Part shown: positions 1-7,775 of the stretch, in pieces
How positions within the stretch are numbered: position 1 is the first letter of the stretch
How the letters are laid out: each line of letters starts with the position of its first letter
Made by a program: the position numbers and the translations under genes
The notes under the pieces: model-generated
Database searches by the model: none
What the model was told of the DNA's origin: nothing
What the model saw: the letters and a program-made list of their open reading frames with translations, nothing else
Source: a virus
Taxonomy: Duplodnaviria > Caudoviricetes
Strand: one strand, 5' to 3'
Length of the DNA: 30,619 bases
Virus record (IMG/VR): IMGVR_UViG_3300006118_000028
Span: 1-30,619 of that record

Positions 1-1
1 A

Positions 2-1186
2 GAACGCCTTAGAAGACTCAATCTTCGGGTTCTGGAGCTGCACCTTTGACATGGTAACAACCATGTTGTTCGACGACACCGGGTCAGCGAACGAGATTGC
101 CATGCTGTGGTAACTAGTGGCAAGACCGTAGTTCATCCAACTGTCGTTGTTTTCAACCACGAACGTCAGCTTACCGGTAACCACGATAGGACCAGCCCAC
201 AAACGGTAAGGCGACTGCGTGTTGTTGATGGTGTGGATCGGAGCAACGTTACGCTTGATGTTGATCGATCCGCTCATGAGCGTACCGTTAGCGGTTCCGT
301 CAAGAGAGAACCCACCGTTCCACGCCGGAACGAACACCGTAGACGAACCGTTCCAACCAACGCTGGTACTAGAAACTTCAGTGAACGCGTTAGACATCAT
401 CTTAGACGAGTACGTAAGAGCACCATCAGCGGTGAACTCAAGGTCCAAGTCAGTAAACATAGCGCCACCAAATCGCTTAGCAATTTGCGTGTCACTAGAC
501 TGAGACGCGTTGTCGACGTCGTAGCCCGTGAATGACGGGGGCTGTGAACCCTCATAGCCGGTACCAACACCCGAAACACCAGCCTGATTAAGAAGGCCAA
601 TGGTGTGAGTGTATGGCGGACCACCGTAAACAGCGTCAGTAGTAGCGGTGGGGGTGAACCCGGTAAATCCGGTCGGACCTTGTCCCGTGTTAAGAACAGC
701 CCCAGTTAACGTGTTAGTACCAGTGCCGGTGTAAGTACCAGTAAAAGTCCAAAGCGTAGTACCGATAGTGTGAGTAATTTCAAACGTACCGCCACCAGCG
801 CTAAATCCAGTAGACGAAGCAACAGGCAACGTTACGCCAGCGGCAGGTGAAACACCAAGAGCAGTGGGCGAAGAACCGACTGTGGTTGAAACCGACTGTG
901 AAGTTTGAATGTCGGGTCCGCCGAGAACGCCCATTAACAAGTTCGGAAACGAGTCCAGGAACACGTTGCCCTTGAATGAGTACTCGTCGTGACGAACACC
1001 AGGAACCAAACCGTAGTCAGTGTTAGGCGACCCACGAAGTCCCTCGTCCTTAAGCCAGTTGACCATAGGCGAAAGGGTGGGGGCACCGCTAATCGGAATC
1101 CAGTAAGTGGGGGTAACCGTGGTTCCACGAGTTGAAGGCGATTCCTTACCTAAGGCAAAGAACCGCTGTGCTGACATAAATGGCAT
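2..1186 (-). CDS. Major tail (tube) protein, 3'-partial (runs off left edge)
   Basis: Not in ORF track. Manually translated from ATG 1186 with RBS AAAAGGAG: MPFMSAQRFFALGKESPSTRGTTVTPTYWIPISGAPTLSPMVNWLKDEGLRGSP...NPKIESSKAF. Open to the window edge, tail-tube-like N-terminus, downstream of head-completion genes. Confidence 0.75.
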   Translation of the reverse strand, partial: MPFMSAQRFFALGKESPSTRGTTVTPTYWIPISGAPTLSPMVNWLKDEGLRGSPNTDYGLVPGVRHDEYSFKGNVFLDSFPNLLMGVLGGPDIQTSQSVSTTVGSSPTALGVSPAAGVTLPVASSTGFSAGGGTFEITHTIGTTLWTFTGTYTGTGTNTLTGAVLNTGQGPTGFTGFTPTATTDAVYGGPPYTHTIGLLNQAGVSGVGTGYEGSQPPSFTGYDVDNASQSSDTQIAKRFGGAMFTDLDLEFTADGALTYSSKMMSNAFTEVSSTSVGWNGSSTVFVPAWNGGFSLDGTANGTLMSGSINIKRNVAPIHTINNTQSPYRLWAGPIVVTGKLTFVVENNDSWMNYGLATSYHSMAISFADPVSSNNMVVTMSKVQLQNPKIESSKAF

Positions 1187-1225
1187 TATGTTCTCCTTTT
1201 TTGAGAGGGACTATAGGATGATTTA

Positions 1226-1576
1226 TTACTTGCTACTGGCGGCGGCTGTACCGCTACCCTTGGCGGAGGAATCCCCACCAGTCTTAGGGGTAGACGACTT
1301 TTTAGGAGTCGGTACCTCTGTCTTCTCCTCCTTGGTGTCCCCCTCAGGGTTCGCCTCAGAAGCCTTGGGTGCGTCCTCAGACGCAGGAAGAGTGGCGACG
1401 TAAGCCACCACGCGAGGGTCAGCTGAATCAAGTTCGATCAGCGAAGGTGACCCCCATTCACAGTTATCGGGAACCCCGACGACCTCGCCGGGCTGAACGT
1501 CCGCCACTCCACCAAAAGGGTCGGGAGCGCTAGCCAAGACAACGTCATAGCCGCCAATGTTGTATAAGTACTTCAT
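1226..1576 (-). CDS. Hypothetical virion-module protein with low-complexity Ser/Lys/Glu/Pro C-terminus
   Basis: RBS AGGAGG upstream of ATG; sits in the structural operon. Confidence 0.75.
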   Translation of the reverse strand: MKYLYNIGGYDVVLASAPDPFGGVADVQPGEVVGVPDNCEWGSPSLIELDSADPRVVAYVATLPASEDAPKASEANPEGDTKEEKTEVPTPKKSSTPKTGGDSSAKGSGTAAASSK

Positions 1577-1584
1577 GTTACCTC

Positions 1585-1755
1585 CTAGTAGAGTTGGTGT
1601 AAGGCCGCGCGCCTAGTGCGCCTAAATGCTTCTCGTTTTGCAAGAACTTTAGAGTGGTGAATTACTATGCCTTGACGCTTAGGCTTTTTCTGCGATTTTT
1701 GCTGTTTTTGCTGGTATTGCTTTTGAATCTTGTAATTAGAAGCGCTACTGTTCAT
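1585..1755 (-). CDS. Small highly basic protein (56 aa)
   Basis: ATGA overlap with the upstream stop; MNSSASNYKIQKQYQQKQQKSQKKPKRQGIVIHHSKVLAKREAFRRTRRAALHQLY; fills the gap up to the next RBS. Confidence 0.6.
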   Translation of the reverse strand: MNSSASNYKIQKQYQQKQQKSQKKPKRQGIVIHHSKVLAKREAFRRTRRAALHQLY

Positions 1756-2297
1756 GTGTCAAGAATCTCCACAACTGTAATGTCTACTGTACTGAACACT
1801 TGGCTTGCTCCGTTTTTAAGCGCACGTGGCATGCCTGCTCTAACGTGAATGTCGTGCGTTCCGAATCCGTCTCCTTCACCCCATTGAAAAATTGCGCCAT
1901 TAGAGTTTGCAGTTCGGTTTTGAAGAACCCACGATTCTAACGTGTCTAGAAACGCGTCGTTATCTTCTCCTGCTGCTTGAGTCGTGTTTTTTTGTGAACG
2001 TAACAAACAAATAAGGCCAACTTCGTGCACTTTTTCTTTACGTGCCGGAGTTTTGGGGTTTTCAGGAGTGGCCGCTGGCCCAATCGCAATTCGTCTTTGA
2101 GACGACTCACGAAGGTGAATGTAAATTACTGCGCCACTCCCTAACCCAGGATCTTCGCCGTTAACAAAGTCGCCTTGATTAGTTAACTTAGGTGGGTGAG
2201 GAAACACGGTGGACAGGTACTGAATGTATCCGTTTCCTGCGATTGAGCCTTCTGCTAAGTAATTGGCGATAGCCAAACGTACGCCAGCACGACTCAC
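1752..2297 (-). CDS. Putative tail terminator / tail completion protein
   Basis: 181 aa, GTGA-coupled to the upstream gene, positioned between head-tail adaptor and tail tube. Confidence 0.55.
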   Translation of the reverse strand: MSRAGVRLAIANYLAEGSIAGNGYIQYLSTVFPHPPKLTNQGDFVNGEDPGLGSGAVIYIHLRESSQRRIAIGPAATPENPKTPARKEKVHEVGLICLLRSQKNTTQAAGEDNDAFLDTLESWVLQNRTANSNGAIFQWGEGDGFGTHDIHVRAGMPRALKNGASQVFSTVDITVVEILDT

Positions 2298-3283
2298 GAC
2301 TTGACCTTGGTAACAATTCGGTAGTGGTCTAAGTATTCCATCGCCATTGCCATATCTTCGTAAGCGTCGCCCTTCATCTTGGCTTCACGCTCTGGCTCAC
2401 CAATTTCCATGATACTAAGTGAGTCGTCGCCACGCTCCTTGATAAGGTAGGTGGTCATGAAAATAGCGGCTTGCTCAACGTCAGAAGGAATCGTAGTAAC
2501 AGGCAAAAAGTCAGGATCGTCAGGGACCATGTGGTCGTAGTTAATCGGGCTAGCGGTAGTTACAACATTACCACTAATCGAAGCCACGGTCACTGTTTCG
2601 GTGTCAGCTCCGTCAACAATTCGAAGTTGCGTACCTGGGTAAACCCCTGCAACTCGACCGTCCGGTGTGGTGGCGTACACTGTAAATGACGTAGCACCAG
2701 CGCTAATGTTACTAGTCAACTTGGTGTGGGGGTACCCATTAATGTAGGACCACGCCACAAACACGCGACCATAAAGGGTGCTAACCGTGTTGAGCAGTGT
2801 GGTTCGACTAGGGGTGGCGTTGAATGCACCTTGAATCGGAACGTAGATCGTGCTGTGTCCAAACCGAATACGGTTAGCGGCAGTTTGATCAATGTCGACA
2901 ACGGTGCTTGGGTCCATGCCTGCTGCGATACCGGTAACTTCAACGATAGGCTTGTAGTCACAAATAAGTTTAAGTTCGCCCTGCAGCACTCTCAGCCACG
3001 CGGTTTCAATAGACTGAGTTGCGCAAAGACTAGCGCCCTTAGCTGAAGGGTCTGCGCCAAAGCAGTATCGGTCGATCATAGCGCTGGACCGACGAATCAA
3101 GTCAGACAGTGCTTGGTCTTGCGTGCGATAGTCGCCGGCAACCACTAAGTTTGTAAGGTCCATAGCGGTCGGCGCAAAACGGTATTGCGAAGGTGAAAGG
3201 TAAGGTACGGCTAATCCGTAACCACCAACAACTGGATTAATAACAGGATTAGCGAGGAGGCCGGGAGCGTAAGGAACAGTCAT
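2294..3283 (-). CDS. Putative head-to-tail adaptor/connector with inserted beta-rich domain
   Basis: N-terminal LIRRSSAMIDRYC and C-terminal IPSDVEQAAI...LDHYR resemble adaptor proteins; synteny after the capsid. Confidence 0.65.
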   Translation of the reverse strand: MTVPYAPGLLANPVINPVVGGYGLAVPYLSPSQYRFAPTAMDLTNLVVAGDYRTQDQALSDLIRRSSAMIDRYCFGADPSAKGASLCATQSIETAWLRVLQGELKLICDYKPIVEVTGIAAGMDPSTVVDIDQTAANRIRFGHSTIYVPIQGAFNATPSRTTLLNTVSTLYGRVFVAWSYINGYPHTKLTSNISAGATSFTVYATTPDGRVAGVYPGTQLRIVDGADTETVTVASISGNVVTTASPINYDHMVPDDPDFLPVTTIPSDVEQAAIFMTTYLIKERGDDSLSIMEIGEPEREAKMKGDAYEDMAMAMEYLDHYRIVTKVKS

Positions 3284-3513
3284 TATTTCTTCCTTCCTCG
3301 CATCCTATTTCGACTTCGGGTGCTTTCGCCTCCCCAAATGCCGTATTGTTCGTTATTTTCTATTGCGTAGTTTAAACAAGGAGTACGGACAGGGCAGGAT
3401 TTGCAAATTTGAAACGCTTCATCAAGCGGTTCACCTTGTCCAGGATAAAAAATCTCAGCGCTTTTACCTTTACACGCTGCCCTGTCCGCCCATTCCCCAG
3501 GTAAACTTTGCAC
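3283..3513 (-). CDS. whiB: WhiB-family (Wbl) transcription factor
   Basis: W-x4-AC, C-x2-CPV-x2-C, GIWGG turn and basic C-terminal tail. Confidence 0.95.
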   Translation of the reverse strand: MQSLPGEWADRAACKGKSAEIFYPGQGEPLDEAFQICKSCPVRTPCLNYAIENNEQYGIWGGESTRSRNRMRGRKK

Positions 3514-3800
3514 TACTCAGATTCGTCCTCAACTTCAACCTCGGCCTTGGCCTTGGTGGATCGACGAGGCTTCTTGTCCTCTTCAACAGGCTTTGGTGCC
3601 GGTGGCTTGAGAACAACAGCGTGTTCTCCTGCAGGGTCCCCGGCCTTCCAATGTGGGAACTTGGTCATCATAAGGCCAACTTCCTCAGGAACGTCAAAAA
3701 CTCCGTGACCGTACTGACCTGGCTCGCCAAGTTCAAAGTACTCCATGCCTTCGTACGTGATAGTACCGGGGCGATGCGGTCCTTCGTGGTGAATAATCAC
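3513..3800 (-). CDS. Hypothetical protein after major capsid
   Basis: RBS AAGGAG; stop overlaps the whiB start. Confidence 0.75.
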   Translation of the reverse strand: MIIHHEGPHRPGTITYEGMEYFELGEPGQYGHGVFDVPEEVGLMMTKFPHWKAGDPAGEHAVVLKPPAPKPVEEDKKPRRSTKAKAEVEVEDESE

Positions 3801-3820
3801 AATTTCTCCTTCTGTTTATG

Positions 3821-3853
3821 GGTTGGGTTGGGGGGCCGACCCCCCCACTCCAA
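3821..3853 (-). terminator. GC-rich hairpin just downstream of capsid gene
   Basis: GTTGGAGTGGGGGGG-TCGG-CCCCCCAACCCAAC on minus strand; no U-tract. Confidence 0.4.
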
Positions 3854-5371
3854 CTAAGCCTCGGTCGGGCTAATGTTGCAGATAACGCCGTTCGTAACAG
3901 GCGCACGAACAACCAGCGTTTCGAGTGCACGAACCGCAATGTCGTTACGAGGGCCACCACCGGCGACTCCAGCAACGTAGTTAGCGGCGTACTCGAACGC
4001 GTAGTAGTCGTCCAACGTACGAACCTGGAACGGAGCGTCGATGTTTGCACCGGGGTACGGAATCTGGTCCGTAAGTGCAATAATCATGCCAGGAGCCATG
4101 TGAGGGTGAACCTCAATAGCAACCGGACGACCACCAACGGCCTTGTTAAGGTAGTACTTAACGTACGCGCCAGCCGCAAGGTCAGCACGTGCCTGTGCGT
4201 CAGTCGGAGGCAGGACGGTGTAGGCAAGACCAGTTGAGGTCATCAACGCGGTAATGTCTGCAGCGGTCTGCGACGACATGAGGTAACGCGACGGGCTTAA
4301 CAAAGCGTTGTTCCACAGCGCCTGGTTGAGGTCGTCAAGTTCCTGAATACCGGTGCTTGTAGCGGTAAGCTGACCACCATCGTTAGAGTGGAAGTAAGCG
4401 CCCGATGAAGTACCAGTTCCCGGAGTAACGATGCTGCCGTTGCTGTAGTCACCAAGTAACTGAGCAATAAGACCGTTCATCCAAGCCGCAGCGTTGTACG
4501 AAGTGTCACCAGCGGCGGTCACTGCACCAGCGTTAGCGTAAATCGTGGACGACAGGAACGGAAGGCTAGAAGCCGGGTTCGCTGAAGCCGGAATGCGCGT
4601 AATGGTGTTGACGTTGGTGGTGGTGGTTCCGTAGTAGTACTGCGTTGAAGCAGTAGCCGAAGAACCAACGTACCAGTCGTAAGCAACCGCACCCTTGACA
4701 GCCGGAACGTAAACGCTGACCGAGTTGGTCGACGTGCTAGAACCGATGGTCGGGTGAACTGCTGCGGCCAGAGGACCAGAACCACCGTAGAAGTAGTTCG
4801 AGCCTGAACGAGCAGCGCAGGTGATGTACGGCGTGGCGCTTGCAGCAATCGTACCACCAGTGGTGGCCGGGGTTGCAACGATAGCGCCAATGGTCGGCAG
4901 AGGGTAGTTGCTGGAGTTGATGAGGTTAATGTCCTCAGAAATCAGCAACTGGTTAAGGTTCTGCATGGTACCGATCGCCAGAGCGTCAGCGTATGACCGA
5001 GCCAAGTTCACAGCGTCACGAGTAACCGTGGTCACGAGTTCCAGCGGGTAGTAACCCGTTGAAACGTTGACCTCGGAGTAGTTCACTCGCGAACCGGCGA
5101 AGTCGAAGTTAACGGCTGCGTTCGGCTGTGACGAGTTGACGTTAAGAAGGGCGCGCCACTGTGTGGTGGACGAACCCTGAGGCGGGGTAACACGCGGAAC
5201 TGACTCACGGAAGGGGGTCACAACCGGGATAAGAGAAATCAGACCAGTAAGGTCAATTCCCTGAATACCGGTGGTAGCGTAGATACCAGAGGTCGTGGAC
5301 TTAACCCACGCATCCAGCGTCTCGTCAGTGACCTCGCTCATGCTGTAGTTTGGGTCAAACACATTGTCCAT
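3854..5371 (-). CDS. Major capsid protein (HK97-like) with inserted Ig/FN3-like domain
   Basis: 505 aa directly after scaffold, strong RBS GAAAGGA, biased codon use; central VPAVKGAVAYDWYVG segment is FN3-like. Confidence 0.8.
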   Translation of the reverse strand: MDNVFDPNYSMSEVTDETLDAWVKSTTSGIYATTGIQGIDLTGLISLIPVVTPFRESVPRVTPPQGSSTTQWRALLNVNSSQPNAAVNFDFAGSRVNYSEVNVSTGYYPLELVTTVTRDAVNLARSYADALAIGTMQNLNQLLISEDINLINSSNYPLPTIGAIVATPATTGGTIAASATPYITCAARSGSNYFYGGSGPLAAAVHPTIGSSTSTNSVSVYVPAVKGAVAYDWYVGSSATASTQYYYGTTTTNVNTITRIPASANPASSLPFLSSTIYANAGAVTAAGDTSYNAAAWMNGLIAQLLGDYSNGSIVTPGTGTSSGAYFHSNDGGQLTATSTGIQELDDLNQALWNNALLSPSRYLMSSQTAADITALMTSTGLAYTVLPPTDAQARADLAAGAYVKYYLNKAVGGRPVAIEVHPHMAPGMIIALTDQIPYPGANIDAPFQVRTLDDYYAFEYAANYVAGVAGGGPRNDIAVRALETLVVRAPVTNGVICNISPTEA

Positions 5372-5399
5372 GATGAGGTGTCCTTTCTAATAGTAGTTG

Positions 5400-6959
5400 T
5401 TAAAGCGCTGCGTTCGGCGCGGTGTACGGTCGGGCACCAGTGTCCTCATACCCACGACCAGCGAAGGCCGCGCGAAGAATGTCCTGTCCTAACTTCCTGC
5501 GAAGTTCGGCACCCTTGCTAACGTTTCCACTTGCCTCCGCCTTAACAATATCGGACTTGAGCGCCTCAAAAGGCGTCTTGTCGATACCACCGCGGGGACC
5601 TTCGGTGGGGATACTCTGAGAAGAAAGAACCGGACCGCCCGGTGCCGGTGCACCAAGAGCCTTCGCCAGTTGAGTCTCTAACTCAGCGTTCTTCTCGGCA
5701 ATAGGAGCCACGGCCTGCTCAATGGCGCTCTTGAGAACGTCAGTCAGCTCCGATGGGATTCCTGCCATGTTGGGGGTGCTGGTACCCATGACCTGGGTAA
5801 CCTCGCTAACAACGCCCATTGCGGGGTTGTTGGATTCAGTCATATCGCCTTCTGCCTTAGCGAGAATCTCGCGGGCTGCGGCAACTTCCTCCGGGGTGGG
5901 AGGGGTTGGGGCCTTGGGAATCCTAGCGTCCAAAGCCGCATCCACGGACTTCGACACAAGGTCGGCAAGCTGCTCAGGTGTCAGATCCATGTGCAGCATC
6001 TCCTTTCTAAAGTCGGTGTTTTCGGCACCGGTTGGGGTTTGGACGCCAGCCTGGTCAACCATCTTCTGCAGAAGATTGATAGTCTGACTCATTTCACTCA
6101 CCGATTCTTCGGTAAGAGACTTGACAACGTTGGCTTCGGCTTCCTCGTTGAAAGCCGTTGCTGCAACGCCGTGTAAAGCGTGTTGAATCATCATTAGTGC
6201 TTCTTGGAGAGTCCACACGTCGTCTTCATCGTTAGCGTGACCAGCGTTAACTTCTGCCTGCTCGCGTGCGATTGAGAAGTTTACAATCTTAGACGCCTCA
6301 GCGAGGTGCTGTCCTGCCTCGATAAGGGTGTCGGCGTCTTTGCCTTCCCACGAAGGAGAACCTGGAATAAGGTCGGGGTTTCCTCCGTCGTCCATCATCA
6401 TCATGCCACTTGGGTTGTCAGGCGAAGTTAACCCGCCATTGGCATCGGACCCAGGAGCCATAGAAGTGTCAGGCATGCTGTCAGGGTCACCATTAATGTA
6501 ATCTTCGGCCTTCTTAACCTTCTTGAGAGAACCATTTCCGTTCCAATTCTCGGGAATCATATCTGATTTTCCAAGTGCCTTGGCCCTCTTAATAATGTGC
6601 TTGCGGATGGCGTCATGATCTGCGCCACCCCTGCCAACGGCCTTGATTGCCTTAGCAAGGTCCTCCTCGTCCTTGATCGGGTAAGATGGGTTGCCCTTAT
6701 CGTTAGCAATAGCGTGACCCTGACTCATCATGGCTTTCTTATCGGCCATGGAGTACTTAGCCTTCATGAACTCTTCGTCGTCCTCGTCATCCTCGCAACC
6801 GTCGCACTCGGGGTCATCGCAAACGGTGCACTTCATGACAGGCTCGATGCTCTTGATAAGAACAAACTTCATGCCATTGGCTGGTGAGCCAACACCGTGA
6901 ACTCCGTCTTCAGCATCGATTTCTACTAATTCGGTGATACCATCAGTTTCAAGATCCAT
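5400..6959 (-). CDS. Capsid scaffold / maturation protein (N-terminal protease-like segment, Cys cluster, YPIKD...IPENW domain)
   Basis: Acidic helical 519-aa protein between protease and capsid; repeated 'K-S/K-A' motifs resemble protease cleavage sites; RBS AAGGAG. Confidence 0.7.
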   Translation of the reverse strand: MDLETDGITELVEIDAEDGVHGVGSPANGMKFVLIKSIEPVMKCTVCDDPECDGCEDDEDDEEFMKAKYSMADKKAMMSQGHAIANDKGNPSYPIKDEEDLAKAIKAVGRGGADHDAIRKHIIKRAKALGKSDMIPENWNGNGSLKKVKKAEDYINGDPDSMPDTSMAPGSDANGGLTSPDNPSGMMMMDDGGNPDLIPGSPSWEGKDADTLIEAGQHLAEASKIVNFSIAREQAEVNAGHANDEDDVWTLQEALMMIQHALHGVAATAFNEEAEANVVKSLTEESVSEMSQTINLLQKMVDQAGVQTPTGAENTDFRKEMLHMDLTPEQLADLVSKSVDAALDARIPKAPTPPTPEEVAAAREILAKAEGDMTESNNPAMGVVSEVTQVMGTSTPNMAGIPSELTDVLKSAIEQAVAPIAEKNAELETQLAKALGAPAPGGPVLSSQSIPTEGPRGGIDKTPFEALKSDIVKAEASGNVSKGAELRRKLGQDILRAAFAGRGYEDTGARPYTAPNAAL

Positions 6960-7494
6960 TACGGCTCCTTGATCGAGCGGTGGCTAATGCCTCCGGGGTT
7001 GGGGTACGGCGGACACCCTTACCCTGAGGGGACCAACCGTTAATCATTTCTTTCATAACAAGATCGTAGCCGTATTCATCCCAAATCGCGCCAAGCATCC
7101 AGTCCCCTGCTTTGATCACACAGGAAGTACCATCCGATTGACGAATTTCCCAGTCTGGGCCGCGGTAAATGTAAGACTCCACAACTTCGGCGTGACCGTA
7201 CGTACCCTCGGCGTGAAACATGCCGATTTGAGCGCCTTTTCGAAGGTAGCCCCACGCACACTCCTCTAACGCTTCGGGACTTGCAAAGTCTTGATGCTGG
7301 TCCATGCCCTTGCCAACATCAATCTTGTTAGCAGCGTAGGCAACACCTAAAGTAAACCGCTTTGGAGCCTCGGACTTAATAACCTGGTAGGCGGTGGCGT
7401 CTTTGTCAATTTCAACAGCAGTAATGGACTCGTCGGTTTCTACCGTCTCCTTGATAAGGAGTCCGTCTACGTATTCACGAACAATACGTTCCAT
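6949..7494 (-). CDS. XkdF-like prohead serine protease domain
   Basis: D-x-HQDF...IGMFH...VVESYI...KAGDWMLG...INGWSPQG pattern typical of XkdF-type proteases. Confidence 0.8.
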   Translation of the reverse strand: MERIVREYVDGLLIKETVETDESITAVEIDKDATAYQVIKSEAPKRFTLGVAYAANKIDVGKGMDQHQDFASPEALEECAWGYLRKGAQIGMFHAEGTYGHAEVVESYIYRGPDWEIRQSDGTSCVIKAGDWMLGAIWDEYGYDLVMKEMINGWSPQGKGVRRTPTPEALATARSRSRNGS

Positions 7495-7775
7495 TACTTA
7501 CTCCACCTAATCGTACCCTCAACCGCACCAGTAATCACAACGAACATGCCGTTCTGAAAATTGATAGCCTCAAGAATTGGGTAGTGAATGTCCACAGAAG
7601 TACCGGCAAGAAGACCGATAGTGGCGATCAGCTGACCGTTGGTAGAGTAACCGTTGTAGATTTTGACTGAAGCAGGAGCGGAACCGGACGTTTCACGGAG
7701 GTTGTACCCCTTGAACCACCCGTTATTGCTGCCAAGTAAACTACCGGCTGTAACAGTAAGAGGGACAGACGCCAT
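7494..7775 (-). CDS. Small beta-rich hypothetical structural protein
   Basis: 93 aa, TAATG-coupled on both sides within the head module. Confidence 0.7.
   Translation of the reverse strand: MASVPLTVTAGSLLGSNNGWFKGYNLRETSGSAPASVKIYNGYSTNGQLIATIGLLAGTSVDIHYPILEAINFQNGMFVVITGAVEGTIRWSK

Noticed and set aside
6940-6975. Programmed frameshift fusing protease and scaffold
   Set aside because: No slippery heptamer at the overlap, and the scaffold has its own well-spaced AAGGAG RBS.
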